Part shown: one piece after another, positions 28,691 through 38,852 of the stretch
Position numbering within the stretch: the stretch's first letter is position 1
Layout: every line of letters begins with the position of its first letter
Assembly (NCBI GenBank): GCA_964605885.1
Contig: CAZSED010000004.1
Coordinates: 50,618 to 114,617 of the forward strand
Length of the DNA: 64,000 nt
Source: an uncultured Dehalococcoidales bacterium
Lineage (GTDB): Bacteria > Chloroflexota > Dehalococcoidia > GIF9 > UBA5629
Direction: 5' to 3'
Notes under the pieces: generated by a model
The model's input: the letters and a program-made list of their open reading frames with translations, nothing else
Database searches by the model: none
What the model was told of the DNA's origin: nothing
Program-made: the position numbers and the translations under genes

Positions 28691-28761
28691 CTTCCGGAAG
28701 TATCTGTGGTATATTCGCTTCTGATGCGGACGACGGCTGACTATACTGGAGGCGGGCAGAC

Positions 28762-29757
28762 ATGAGTGATATGAAGCGTGCTCCGCTGAGCATCATACAT
28801 TACGATAAGGGCGGCCACACTTCCTGCAAGCCTGCGACCATGGAAGACGCTCTGCGCTACAAGGACGCCGGCGGCGTCACCTGGATAAATGTGGACAGCA
28901 TTCAGGACAGCCAGGTCCTGCAGGTGCTGGGCGACGCCTTCAACCTGCACGACCTGACCATCCAGGACGTGGCCAATGCCGAGCACCGCGTTAAATACGA
29001 AAATTTTGAGCGCTACCTGCTGATCATGCTGAAAATGATCGAGTTCAATGCACAAGATAAATGCATTGATGCCGAACAGCTCAGCCTGGTGCTGGGATCT
29101 AACTACGTAATAACTTTTCAAGAGCGGCCCGGCGATTACTTCGACCCCCTTCGGGAGGAGATCAAAATAGCCGATTCAATGGTCCGCAGGATGGGCGCCG
29201 ATTACCTGGCCTGCCGCATCATCGACATCGTTGTGGATAACTATTTCAGCACGGTAGAGAAATTTGGCGATGAGATTGAAGATAAAGAGGATGAACTGGT
29301 AAGCAACCCCTCCAGACAGACGCTGGCCTCCATCCAGGGCATCAAGAAAAATATGCTGCACCTGAGGCAGTATGTTTGGCCCGTGCGAGAGATACTTGGG
29401 GAGCTGAGCAAGAAGGACTCACCCCTGATCAAGGAGGATACCGTGGCCTATTTCCGTGATGTATACGACCGCATCTTCGAGGCCATGGACCTGATGGAGA
29501 ACACGCGGGAGATGGTCAGCAGCCTGATAGACATCTACCTGTCCAGCATGAGCAACAGGACCAACGAGGTCATGAAGGTGCTGACGGTGGTGGCCACCAT
29601 CTTCATACCGCTGACCTTCATAGTCGGCCTGTACGGAATGAACTTCAAATTCATGCCGGAGCTTGAATCCCCCTACGGATACCCGGCCATACTGGCTTTC
29701 ATGCTGGCCGTAGCTGTAGGGATGCTGATCTATTTCCGCAGGAAGAAGTGGATCTAG
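28762..29757 (+). CDS. corA: magnesium/cobalt transporter CorA
   Basis: 331-aa ORF with RBS GGAGG. YGMNF (GMN) motif between two C-terminal TM helices. Confidence 0.92.
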   Translation: MSDMKRAPLSIIHYDKGGHTSCKPATMEDALRYKDAGGVTWINVDSIQDSQVLQVLGDAFNLHDLTIQDVANAEHRVKYENFERYLLIMLKMIEFNAQDKCIDAEQLSLVLGSNYVITFQERPGDYFDPLREEIKIADSMVRRMGADYLACRIIDIVVDNYFSTVEKFGDEIEDKEDELVSNPSRQTLASIQGIKKNMLHLRQYVWPVREILGELSKKDSPLIKEDTVAYFRDVYDRIFEAMDLMENTREMVSSLIDIYLSSMSNRTNEVMKVLTVVATIFIPLTFIVGLYGMNFKFMPELESPYGYPAILAFMLAVAVGMLIYFRRKKWI

Positions 29758-29759
29758 CC

Positions 29760-31301
29760 TCAGCCCATTGAAACATCTACCGGGCCGTTGGCTTTTTTGA
29801 TGCGGCCGAAGGGCAGGAAGAAGGCCGGTATTATGCCAAGCAACACGATGACAGCTCCTATCACGTAGTCCATCTGGAATGCCGTGATGGTGGCGCGCAA
29901 GTTGACATACTGGTAGAGCACGGTTATGGCCTCCTGCCGCGCAACATCAGCCGTGAACCCGAGCTGCAGGCAGGCAGCCTGCACCTGTGAAAGCCACTGC
30001 AACGCAATGGTTGAATCAGGGGTGATGGTCTGCACTATGTTAGCCACATTAGTTTTTTGGAAGGTATCGAGCAGCGTGGCAAACACGGCAATGCCCAGCG
30101 AGGCGAACAGCGTCCTGGATACGTTGATAAGCGAGGAGGCCTGCGCCGTCATGCGCTGCGGCACGGCCGAGAGTGCATAGGTCATGATGGGCATCATGGC
30201 AAAACCCATGCCCATGCCCCTGACAAATAAAATCCATCTGAGTGTGCTGTCCGGCGTGGTGACGTCCAGCACCTGCATCCAAAGCGAGGGTATGCCCGTC
30301 ATGATAAGGCCGATCACGGCCGGAAGACGCGGCCCGTACCTGTCGTAAAGTCGTCCGGCGATGGGCATGGTTATCATGGCCCCCACAGCCTGGGGCAGAA
30401 CCATCAGCCCGCTGTGCAGGGCGGTGAAACCGCGTATATTCTGCAGGAACAGTGGAAGTAAAAATATCAGGGAGAACAAACCGATAGTGGTAACGAAGGT
30501 CAGGCCTATGCTCAGGGAATACCCCGTGTTCTTGAACATGTGCAAGTCCAGCAGCGGCTTCTTGGCCCTGAGCTCGACTATTACCCATAGAAGGATACAT
30601 ATGCCTCCCACCGCTAAAAGGGTAGCGATGCGCCAGTCGCCCCAGTGCCAGGTGGGGGCGTAAGACAGCGCGTACAGCAGGGCGCTGAAACCGGCCGCCG
30701 CCAGCATGAAACCCTTGTAATCGAAGGCCGTATCCAGCAGGGGCGTCTCCTCTATCCAGGCCATGCCCATGGCGATGGCAACCAGCACCACCGGTACGTT
30801 GACATAGAACACCATGCGCCAGCTCCAGTAGTCCACCAGGTAGCCGCCCAGCGTGGGGCCGATGGCAGGCGCCAGCATCATGGGGATGCCGAAGATGGCC
30901 ATGGCGGTGCCGCGGTCCTCCGGCGGGACGGTGGTAAAAAGGAAGGTCATGGCCAGGGGGCTGAGCAGTCCGCCGGCCAGCCCCTGTATCACGCGGAAAA
31001 GTATTAGTGAATTGGCGTCCCAGGCTATGCCGCACAGGACCGAGCCGAGAAGAAAGCCGGCCTGGCTGAACAGGTAGACCCTCTTGATGCCGAAGCGGTC
31101 GCTGAGGAAGGCTGCCGCCGGCGTGGTGATGGCCGTGGCCATCAGGTAGGCCGATACGATCAGCTGCGCACGGTCTGTGGTCTCGTTGAAAACGGCGATG
31201 ATGCGCGGCAGGGCCACGTTCATGATGGTCTGGTCCAGTATCACCATGAAGGTGCCGGCGATGGCGATCAGCAGTACCTTGGATTCGCTAGTCCTGGGCA
31301 T
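29760..31301 (-). CDS. MFS drug:H+ antiporter, DHA2 (EmrB/QacA) family, 14 TMS
   Basis: 513-aa ORF. LDQTIMNVALP, GRLYDRYGPR motif. Confidence 0.9.
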   Translation of the reverse strand: MPRTSESKVLLIAIAGTFMVILDQTIMNVALPRIIAVFNETTDRAQLIVSAYLMATAITTPAAAFLSDRFGIKRVYLFSQAGFLLGSVLCGIAWDANSLILFRVIQGLAGGLLSPLAMTFLFTTVPPEDRGTAMAIFGIPMMLAPAIGPTLGGYLVDYWSWRMVFYVNVPVVLVAIAMGMAWIEETPLLDTAFDYKGFMLAAAGFSALLYALSYAPTWHWGDWRIATLLAVGGICILLWVIVELRAKKPLLDLHMFKNTGYSLSIGLTFVTTIGLFSLIFLLPLFLQNIRGFTALHSGLMVLPQAVGAMITMPIAGRLYDRYGPRLPAVIGLIMTGIPSLWMQVLDVTTPDSTLRWILFVRGMGMGFAMMPIMTYALSAVPQRMTAQASSLINVSRTLFASLGIAVFATLLDTFQKTNVANIVQTITPDSTIALQWLSQVQAACLQLGFTADVARQEAITVLYQYVNLRATITAFQMDYVIGAVIVLLGIIPAFFLPFGRIKKANGPVDVSMG

Positions 31302-31313
31302 GTCAGGGCTCTC

Positions 31314-32051
31314 TTACCTGGTGGCGATTTTTACCTCTACTGATGTTCCGGGAATCAGGATGTAGTTGCCGGGATTGTCGATCGATATCTTGACGGGGAC
31401 GAGCTGTGCCACCTTGATGAAGTTGCCGGTGGTATTATTCTGCGGCAGCAGGGAAAAGGTGGCGGCGCTGGCAGCCGCAATGCCATCGACCTTGCCTTTA
31501 AGCATCAGTCCTCCCAGCGTGTCGACCGTTATTTCCACTTCCTGGCCCGGCTCAATGCGGTAGAGGTCGGCTTCCGATATATTGGCCACCACCCAGTAAT
31601 CCGAGATATCGTAGATGGTGACTATATAAGCTCCGGTGTTCACTACCTGGCCGGGAAACGACCAGACGGCCGCCACATAGCCGGTCACCGGCGCCTCGAT
31701 GGACGCCCTGCCCAGGGGCACTTCCCTCAGGCCCTGCTTGTCGGCTGGATTGGCCGGGCGGGGCTGGCCGACCGTGGCTATTTTCTGGCCTTTCTCAACA
31801 TAGCTGCCGTAATCCACGTCCAGCGTGATAACCTGACAGGGTGAAAGGGCCGACACATAAATCAGTGGAGCGGCTATGCGGGCGTTGTCCGTGCTGACAT
31901 ATTTATAGCTCTGATAGCCCAGCACACCACCCAATACCATGGCGCCCAGCACGATCACCGCAGCGATTGTAAAGATAACCTTGCCACGAGGGGTGGACCA
32001 GACTGATTTCATCCTGTCTGTAAGCTTAATGGCCATGGCTGATGCCTCCAT
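31314..32051 (-). CDS. HlyD/EmrA-family membrane fusion protein, short form lacking the coiled-coil hairpin
   Basis: 245-aa ORF. N-terminal TM anchor, lipoyl and beta-barrel segments, and only a short linker where the alpha-hairpin normally lies. Confidence 0.8.
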   Translation of the reverse strand: MEASAMAIKLTDRMKSVWSTPRGKVIFTIAAVIVLGAMVLGGVLGYQSYKYVSTDNARIAAPLIYVSALSPCQVITLDVDYGSYVEKGQKIATVGQPRPANPADKQGLREVPLGRASIEAPVTGYVAAVWSFPGQVVNTGAYIVTIYDISDYWVVANISEADLYRIEPGQEVEITVDTLGGLMLKGKVDGIAAASAATFSLLPQNNTTGNFIKVAQLVPVKISIDNPGNYILIPGTSVEVKIATR

Positions 32052-32086
32052 GTAACGTAGTAGTAGTCATTGAACAGTTCCACATG

Positions 32087-33793
32087 CTATTTTCTCAGCG
32101 TCCTGGCAGGCTTCACCGTGGTTTCCAGCACCACTTTGTCGCCCTCGTTCAGCCCCGAGACAATCTCAGTCCTGGAAGCTGTCTGCAAGCCGATCTTGAC
32201 CGGCCGCTGTTCGATCAGGTTGTTTTTATCATCTTTCACCAGGCGCACGTAGTAGTCGCCCGCTTTGCCGTAGATGGCATCGTTGGGCACGATCAGCACC
32301 TGCGTGCGCAGGCCGCTGACGATCTCCGCTGTGGCAGTCAGTCCGCCGGCCAGCTGGCCTGCCTCTTGCGGGTCAAGGGCAATCTCTATCTCGTAGGTTG
32401 CCACGGTGGTCTGGATCGTGCCGTACGATTGAATGCTGCTGGCCTGCTGCGGACCGTAAGGCGATACAAAGGTGACTTCACCGCTGAACGTCTTGCCCGG
32501 CACGGCATCTACATATACTCTGGCCTTCTGCCCCTTGGCCACCTTCATGACGTCTATTTCGTCCACGGCGCCCGACATCCTGACTGCTCTGGAGTCGGCC
32601 AGCCGAATCACGTATGAATCTATGGGAGAGCCGGTAACGGCGTATCTCTGCGTGATCATATCACCATCCCGCAGGTTGATATCCACGATCCTGCCGTCGA
32701 AGGGAGCCAGCAACTCGGTCTTCAGCAGCGTCTGCTTGGCCTTCTGCAGATTGATGATGGCGGTCTGCACGTTGATATTGTAGTCACGCAGGACTTTAAG
32801 GTTTAAACCCTGCCTGAAGGTGGATACGTTCTCGTCCAGTATTTTATTGGTCAGCTCCAGGTCATGCCGGGCCAGGCTCAGCGTCTCGGCATACTTAACG
32901 GCATCGAAATCCTTCTGGTTGACGATATCGTTCAGCCTGTCCAGCGAGCTCATCACCTCGCTGACAACGGTGTACGTAGTGCATGTATCGGGGTAGGTAT
33001 AATCGCCGGGAAGATGGGTTATGCGTTTGATAGTAGTGTGCACCTCGGTCATTGAAGTGGCCAGCTGCTGCATGGCATCCGCCGCATCAGCGAATTGCCC
33101 GTCCTTGATCTGCTGGCGAACCGAGCCTAGGCTGTCCAGCTCCGCAGATAAGTACTGTATAGCCGCGGCGACGTCGTCACTGGACGAAATAGAACGGTCG
33201 ATCTCGCTCAGGTCCGGCCTGACCTTGAGATATGCCGGGTCGCTGTAAAAGGTCCTGGCGCCGTCGATGTCATAGTTAGCCAGAGCCAGCTGGGCGGCGG
33301 CATCTTCGTACCGGCCCTGACGCAGGAGAGACTGCGCTTTATCCAGCTCTGCCTGTGCGAACTCAAACCTGATTAGCGCCACGGCGTCGCAATAGAATCC
33401 CGGACTCCTCTGTACACCGCAGCATACCGTCTGGACAACGTTGTTGATAGCCAGCTCCAGCGCGTACTGGGCGGACTCCACCCCCATTTTCTGGGTGGTA
33501 TCGTCCAGCTTGGCCAGCAGGGTTCCCGCCTGGACCACATCGCCCTTGTTCACGTATATGTGCTTTATCCTGGCGCTGTAGGGCGGCGTGAACATGGTGG
33601 TATCGAAAAACAGGTTCACCGCATCAGGCATCTCGATATTCCCGTCCGCCGTCACTTTCAACTCCAGGTCGCCCCTCTGCACCTCTGCCACCATCTGCTG
33701 CTGCGTGACAGGGCCGCTGCTGCAGCCGGCCAATAGAACGGCCGGTATTAAAAGCGCAGCGACCAGGTTGAAAATTGCGGCTTTTTTCTTCAT
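32087..33793 (-). CDS. periplasmic-adaptor (membrane fusion protein) family lipoprotein with a very long helical insert
   Basis: 568-aa ORF. Lipobox LLAGCSS. The lipoyl-domain halves (IKHIYVNKGDVVQAGTLLAKLD ... LLAPFDGRIVDINL) are separated by about 270 aa of predicted helix. C-terminal beta-barrel and MP-domain-like region. Confidence 0.75.
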   Translation of the reverse strand: MKKKAAIFNLVAALLIPAVLLAGCSSGPVTQQQMVAEVQRGDLELKVTADGNIEMPDAVNLFFDTTMFTPPYSARIKHIYVNKGDVVQAGTLLAKLDDTTQKMGVESAQYALELAINNVVQTVCCGVQRSPGFYCDAVALIRFEFAQAELDKAQSLLRQGRYEDAAAQLALANYDIDGARTFYSDPAYLKVRPDLSEIDRSISSSDDVAAAIQYLSAELDSLGSVRQQIKDGQFADAADAMQQLATSMTEVHTTIKRITHLPGDYTYPDTCTTYTVVSEVMSSLDRLNDIVNQKDFDAVKYAETLSLARHDLELTNKILDENVSTFRQGLNLKVLRDYNINVQTAIINLQKAKQTLLKTELLAPFDGRIVDINLRDGDMITQRYAVTGSPIDSYVIRLADSRAVRMSGAVDEIDVMKVAKGQKARVYVDAVPGKTFSGEVTFVSPYGPQQASSIQSYGTIQTTVATYEIEIALDPQEAGQLAGGLTATAEIVSGLRTQVLIVPNDAIYGKAGDYYVRLVKDDKNNLIEQRPVKIGLQTASRTEIVSGLNEGDKVVLETTVKPARTLRK

Positions 33794-33848
33794 AGCTGTA
33801 TCTCCCGGAATGAACTTGCTTTCGATGCTCGTATTTCAGACATAATAA

Positions 33849-34322
33849 TTATAGCCTTAATGAAGGCTCCTCCATTCTTGACACTATATCCTTGAACGTT
33901 TCCAGCGCCCGGGAAAGTTCTTCCAGCTCCCCGGGCTTGAGGGCAGACAGGTTTTTGCGCATGATATCGGCCAGGAGGCGTTTACGTTTGCTTATAAAGC
34001 TCCTGCCCTTGTCGGTGATGGCAATGTGCATGACCCGCCTGTCACGGATATCGTGCATCCGGTCCACGTATCCCTTCTCAATCAGCTTGTCTATCAGGGT
34101 CGTGACATTGGGCTTGGATATTCCCAGGTTGCGGCCTATTTCCGAGGGCTGCAGCCTGTCAGTGTGGCAGAGCATCATAAGAAGGCGGAATTGCCCGCTG
34201 ACCGGATTCACTCCCGCTGTTATATATTCGTAGCGCAGTATCTTGCGATAGAAAAGAGGGAAAAACATGAACAGGTTTTCTACAATGCTGTCCACGCCCT
34301 GGGCCATCCTGCTTACTGACAT
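33849..34322 (-). CDS. MarR-family transcriptional regulator
   Basis: 157-aa ORF. LQPSEIGRNLGISKPNVTTLIDKLIEKGYVDR wHTH. Confidence 0.88.
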   Translation of the reverse strand: MSVSRMAQGVDSIVENLFMFFPLFYRKILRYEYITAGVNPVSGQFRLLMMLCHTDRLQPSEIGRNLGISKPNVTTLIDKLIEKGYVDRMHDIRDRRVMHIAITDKGRSFISKRKRLLADIMRKNLSALKPGELEELSRALETFKDIVSRMEEPSLRL

Positions 34323-34333
34323 AATATAGCCTG

Positions 34334-34367
34334 ATTGTTATATTTATATAATTGTTATATTTATATA
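34334..34367. repeat. perfect tandem 17-bp direct repeat ATTGTTATATTTATATA x2 (putative MarR operator)
   Basis: 34334-34350 and 34351-34367 are identical. Lies 12 nt upstream of the marR start codon, in the divergent marR/gatB intergenic region. Confidence 0.6.
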
Positions 34368-34430
34368 ACTTTTTTTATACGTTGTCAAAGTTTGCCCGCA
34401 GTATAGGTAGCTGCTATACTATCCGGCGTT

Positions 34431-35906
34431 GTGAACTACGAGACCATCATCGGCCTTGAAGTGCATTCCCAGCTACTGACCAGGAGCAAGATGTATTGCC
34501 CCTGCAGCGCTGACTATGCCAGCGCTGCGCCGAATACGCACGTCTGCCCCGTCTGTATGGGCATGCCCGGCGTTCTCCCTGTCATCAACCAGAGGGCCGT
34601 GGAGTTCACCATCATGACGGCGCTGGCTTTGAACTGCAGCATACCTGAAAGCGCCAAGTTCGACCGTAAGAATTACCCCTATCCCGACCTGATGAAGGGC
34701 TATCAGATATCGCAGTACGATGCGCCCATGGGTGTCAAAGGCTACCTGGTCATCGATATCGAAGGCAAGAAAAAAAAGATAGGCATCACCAGGGTGCACC
34801 TGGAGGAGGACGTGGCCAAGCTGGTGCACCGCAGCAGCTCTGAAGGCGAGAGCTACAGCCTGGTGGACGTTAACCGGGCCGGCATGCCGCTGATGGAGAT
34901 AGTCAGCGAGCCTGACATGAGCTCGCCCGAGGAGGCCAGGCTATATCTGATCAAGCTCAGGGCCATTTTGCAGTACCTGGGCGTGTCAACCGGCAACATG
35001 GAGGAAGGCAGCTTCCGCTGCGACGCCAATATCAGCATCCGGCCGGTCGGCACTAAGGAGTACCTGGGCAAGGTGGAAGTGAAGAACATGAACAGCTTCC
35101 GCGCCGTATTCCGCGCCCTGGAATACGAGGAGAAACGGCAGCGGGAGGTGCTGGACTCCGGCGGCAGGATCGCCCAGGAGACCAGGGGATGGGTGGACGA
35201 CCGCGGCGTCACCGTCAGCCAGCGCAGCAAGGAATATGCCCATGATTACAGGTATTTCCCCGAGCCGGACCTTCCGCCACTGGCCTTCAGCAGGGAGATG
35301 GTGCAGAAGTTCCAGGCGGCGCTGCCGGAGCTGCCCGAAGCCAAGTTCGACAGGTTCGCATCGCAGTATAAGCTGTCCAGCTATGATGCTGAGCTGCTGA
35401 CCGATACCAAGCCGCTGGCGGATTATTTCGAGGAATGCGTTGAAGTTGCTGTAAAAGCCGGGGGGGAGGGGGAGGCAACCAGGAAGGCCAAGACCATCAG
35501 CAACTGGCTGCTGGGCGATTTTACGCGCCTGCTTAACTCGACCAATTCACGCATCGAGGACTCACGCATCAGGCCGGGACAGCTGGTAGAAATGCTTAAT
35601 CTCATCGATAAGGGGACGCTGAGCGGGCCGCTCTCCAAGACCGTATTTGAGGAGATGTTCAAGACGGGCAGGTCCGCTGAAGCTATAGTGGCCGAGAAAG
35701 GCCTGGTGCAGATTACGGACAGCGGAGAAATTGCTAAAATAGTAGAGCAAGTAATTAGTGAAAACGACAAAGCAGTCGCCGACTACAGGACAGGCAAAGA
35801 GGCTTCATTAACCTTCCTTATAGGCCAGGTGATGAAGGCTTCCAGGGGCAAGGCCAACCCGGCCGTAGTGCGGCAGATCATAGTCGACAAACTCGGAGGA
35901 AATTAA
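34431..35906 (+). CDS. gatB: Asp/Glu-tRNA amidotransferase subunit B
   Basis: 491-aa ORF with GTG start. NYETIIGLEVH..., PVCMGMPGVLP. Confidence 0.95.
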   Translation: MNYETIIGLEVHSQLLTRSKMYCPCSADYASAAPNTHVCPVCMGMPGVLPVINQRAVEFTIMTALALNCSIPESAKFDRKNYPYPDLMKGYQISQYDAPMGVKGYLVIDIEGKKKKIGITRVHLEEDVAKLVHRSSSEGESYSLVDVNRAGMPLMEIVSEPDMSSPEEARLYLIKLRAILQYLGVSTGNMEEGSFRCDANISIRPVGTKEYLGKVEVKNMNSFRAVFRALEYEEKRQREVLDSGGRIAQETRGWVDDRGVTVSQRSKEYAHDYRYFPEPDLPPLAFSREMVQKFQAALPELPEAKFDRFASQYKLSSYDAELLTDTKPLADYFEECVEVAVKAGGEGEATRKAKTISNWLLGDFTRLLNSTNSRIEDSRIRPGQLVEMLNLIDKGTLSGPLSKTVFEEMFKTGRSAEAIVAEKGLVQITDSGEIAKIVEQVISENDKAVADYRTGKEASLTFLIGQVMKASRGKANPAVVRQIIVDKLGGN

Positions 35907-35907
35907 C

Positions 35908-36132
35908 ATGCCAGTTTACTTAACCGTAGCACAGATAGTCATCGCCGTGGCGCTGATAGCTGTGCTGGCCCTGCAGGTGAAGGGTGGCGGTCTCGGCGGC
36001 ATTTTCGGCCAGGCGGACGGTGTCTACAGGACCCGGCGCGGTGTTGAAAAAACGCTCTTCCAGGTCACAATCGTCCTGGCCGTCATTTTTGTTGCTCTTT
36101 CCATCGTAATTGTCAGAGTCAGCTCTTCCTGA
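35908..36132 (+). CDS. secG: preprotein translocase subunit SecG
   Basis: 74-aa ORF. Two TM helices flank a G-rich loop KGGGLGGIFG. Confidence 0.85.
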   Translation: MPVYLTVAQIVIAVALIAVLALQVKGGGLGGIFGQADGVYRTRRGVEKTLFQVTIVLAVIFVALSIVIVRVSSS

Positions 36133-36147
36133 TAACCGGGAGATAGC

Positions 36148-36993
36148 ATGCCGCGCGTCATCACGCTGACCACCGATTTTGGCACCAGCGACGGTTACGT
36201 AGCCAGTATGAAAGGCGTCATACTTGGCATCAATCCACAGGCCGCCATCGTCGACGTCACCCACGCCATTGAACCTCAATCGGTACACCAGGCCTCCTTC
36301 ATCATCCACACCTGCTGGAAATATTTCCCGGCGGGCACCATAAATGTCGCCGTGGTGGACCCGGGCGTGGGCAGCCACCGCAAGACCATAATCCTGCAGA
36401 CGCCTTCGGCTTTCTTCGTGGCCCCGGACAACGGCATACTGAGCTATGTTCTGAACGACCTGGCCGGTCCGCAGGCCAAGCCGGCGCATTCAGCTTCCGG
36501 CCAGCTGAGCAAGCACCCCGTTCCGGAGGGATGCCAGGCGGTCTCCATCACCAAAGAGGAGTACTGGCGCCACCCGGTCAGCGCCACCTTTCACGGCCGT
36601 GATATTTTTGCGCCGGTGGCCGCACACATCTCACTCGACACCCCTATCAGCGAGTTCGGTGAGAAGATAGAGGGCCTGCACAGCTTCCCGGTGCCCATGC
36701 CTTTCAAGGACGCCACCGGGCACATGGTGGGACACATCATACACATCGACCGCTTCGGCAACCTGATCACCAACCTGCGCAGCCGCGATATACCCCCCGG
36801 CGGCGCGGCGGTGGAGATAAAGAACCAGCGGATAATGAGCACCAGCAACTTTTATGCTCAGGGCAGCGGCCTGATGGCCATTGTAGGCAGCACTGACTAC
36901 CTTGAGCTTTCCATCCGGGACGGCAGCGCCGCAGCCGTGCTGGGCGCCAGGATCGGCGATACGGTAAAAATCGTCAGCGCTTCCGGCCTCTGA
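36148..36993 (+). CDS. SAM hydroxide adenosyltransferase / SAM hydrolase family (DUF62, chlorinase-fluorinase fold)
   Basis: 281-aa ORF. ITLTTDFGTSDGYVASMKGVI and VVDPGVGS. Confidence 0.85.
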   Translation: MPRVITLTTDFGTSDGYVASMKGVILGINPQAAIVDVTHAIEPQSVHQASFIIHTCWKYFPAGTINVAVVDPGVGSHRKTIILQTPSAFFVAPDNGILSYVLNDLAGPQAKPAHSASGQLSKHPVPEGCQAVSITKEEYWRHPVSATFHGRDIFAPVAAHISLDTPISEFGEKIEGLHSFPVPMPFKDATGHMVGHIIHIDRFGNLITNLRSRDIPPGGAAVEIKNQRIMSTSNFYAQGSGLMAIVGSTDYLELSIRDGSAAAVLGARIGDTVKIVSASGL

Positions 36994-36996
36994 GCT

Positions 36997-38355
36997 CTAA
37001 CGCACTATCTTCCAGGTGGTCCCCCTGGCTGAATCCTCGATGGCTATGCCACGCTCTGCCAGCCAGTCGCGCACCTCGTCCGCCTTCTGCCACTGCTTGT
37101 TCTTGCGGTATTCGTTGCGCTCGGCTATCTTGCTCTCTATCTCCGCCTGGTCGAGCCCCTTCAGCTCCCTGGTATCCTTCAACGTGAAGCCGATGACATC
37201 GGCCAGCTCCCGCAGCGTGGCCTGCGCTTCGCTGATCTCCATGCCGTTCACGCTGCCGCGGTTGATCTCGCGCACCAGGTCGAACATGGCGGCCACGGCC
37301 TGCGGCGCGTTGAAGTCGTCGTCCATGGCCTGAATGAACCTGGTTTTGTACTGCCCGGCCTCCACCACTCGGCCACCCGGGCTGCTCTCGGCCTTGAGCG
37401 ACTGCCTCATGCGCTCGATGCCTGCCTCTGCCGCGTCCAGGGCTTCCAGGCTATACCTGAGCGGCATCCTGTAGTAAGAGCTGATGATAAAAAGCCTGAT
37501 GGCGTCGGCGCTGTTGCGCTCCAGCGCCTGCTTGATGGTCACCAGGTTGCCCAGCGATTTGCTCATCTTGTCCTCGCCCAGCTGCAGGAAGCCGTTATGC
37601 ATCCAGATGCGCACAAAAGGCACCACGCCGGTGTAGCACTCGGATTGCGCCATCTCGTTCTCATGATGTGGGAACATAAGGTCCTGGCCGCCGCCGTGGA
37701 TATCGAGCGTGCTGCCCAGGTGCTTGATGGACATGGCCGTGCACTCGATATGCCAGCCGGGGCGGCCCTCGCCCCAGGGGCTGGGCCATGACGGCTCACC
37801 CGGTTTGACTGCCTTCCACAGTGCGAAGTCCAGCGGGTCCTCCTTTTCCTCCGTTTCGGATGTCTCGGTCACCCTCATATCATCAGCGGTCTGGTGCGTC
37901 AGCTTGCCGTAGGCCGGGTCGCTTTTGACCCTGAAGTAGACGCTGCCCTTGGACTCGTAGGCGTGGCTTTTCTCAATCAACGTCTGTACGACCTCGATTA
38001 TCTTGGGTATCTCCTCCGTAGCCCGGGGATAGATGGTGGCCCGTTTAATATTCAGCGCGTCCATGTCTAAGAAGAACTCGGCTATGTATTTCTCCACCAG
38101 ATCCTTCCAGTCCACACCCCTTTCGTTGGCACGGTTGATGATCTTGTCATCGATATCGGTAAAATTCTGAACGTATTTGACCTTATATCCTTTATATTCG
38201 AGGTAGCGCCGGATGACATCAAAGGAGATGTAGCTCAGAGCATGCCCGAAATGACAGACGTCGTACACTGTGACGCCGCAGACATACATCTTAACCTCAT
38301 TGTTGCGGGGCTCGAACTCCTCCTTCTGCCCGGACAGGGTACTGAATATTTTCAT
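36997..38355 (-). CDS. cysS: cysteine--tRNA ligase
   Basis: 452-aa ORF. CGVTVYDVCHFGH (HIGH-type) and KMSKSLGN. Confidence 0.95.
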   Translation of the reverse strand: MKIFSTLSGQKEEFEPRNNEVKMYVCGVTVYDVCHFGHALSYISFDVIRRYLEYKGYKVKYVQNFTDIDDKIINRANERGVDWKDLVEKYIAEFFLDMDALNIKRATIYPRATEEIPKIIEVVQTLIEKSHAYESKGSVYFRVKSDPAYGKLTHQTADDMRVTETSETEEKEDPLDFALWKAVKPGEPSWPSPWGEGRPGWHIECTAMSIKHLGSTLDIHGGGQDLMFPHHENEMAQSECYTGVVPFVRIWMHNGFLQLGEDKMSKSLGNLVTIKQALERNSADAIRLFIISSYYRMPLRYSLEALDAAEAGIERMRQSLKAESSPGGRVVEAGQYKTRFIQAMDDDFNAPQAVAAMFDLVREINRGSVNGMEISEAQATLRELADVIGFTLKDTRELKGLDQAEIESKIAERNEYRKNKQWQKADEVRDWLAERGIAIEDSARGTTWKIVR

Positions 38356-38377
38356 TTATCACCTCGTAATATGGCTT

Positions 38378-38848
38378 TCATTCCTCCAGCAGTGCCACGG
38401 CGCAGGCGGCCATCCCCTCTCCCCTGCCTGCCATGCCCAGCCGGTCTGTGGTGGTGGCCTTGACCATCACCTGATCCTCTTCTATGCGCAGCGCGGCTGC
38501 AATCTTGCTTCTCATCTCGTCCATGTAAGGCGCAATTTTTGGCTCCTGCGCCACCAGCACGCTGTCGACATTTTTTATCACGTATCCCCGCGATGCAACC
38601 AGCCTCTTCACCTCCTCCAGCAGGCTTATGCTGGAAATGCCCTTATACTTCGGGTCGCCCGAGGGGAACTGCTGCCCTATGTCTTTCAGCCCGGCCGCTC
38701 CCAGCAGCGCATCCATTATGGCGTGCACCAGCACATCGGCGTCGCTGTAGCCGTCCAGCCCCTTCTTAAAGGGAATATTGACCCCGCCGATTACCAGCGG
38801 TCGGCCTTTGACCAGCGGATGCACATCATACCCTATTCCCGTCCTCAT
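38378..38848 (-). CDS. ispF: 2-C-methyl-D-erythritol 2,4-cyclodiphosphate synthase
   Basis: 156-aa ORF. GIGYDVH, SDADVLVHAIMDALLGA. Confidence 0.95.
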   Translation of the reverse strand: MRTGIGYDVHPLVKGRPLVIGGVNIPFKKGLDGYSDADVLVHAIMDALLGAAGLKDIGQQFPSGDPKYKGISSISLLEEVKRLVASRGYVIKNVDSVLVAQEPKIAPYMDEMRSKIAAALRIEEDQVMVKATTTDRLGMAGRGEGMAACAVALLEE

Positions 38849-38852
38849 GATC

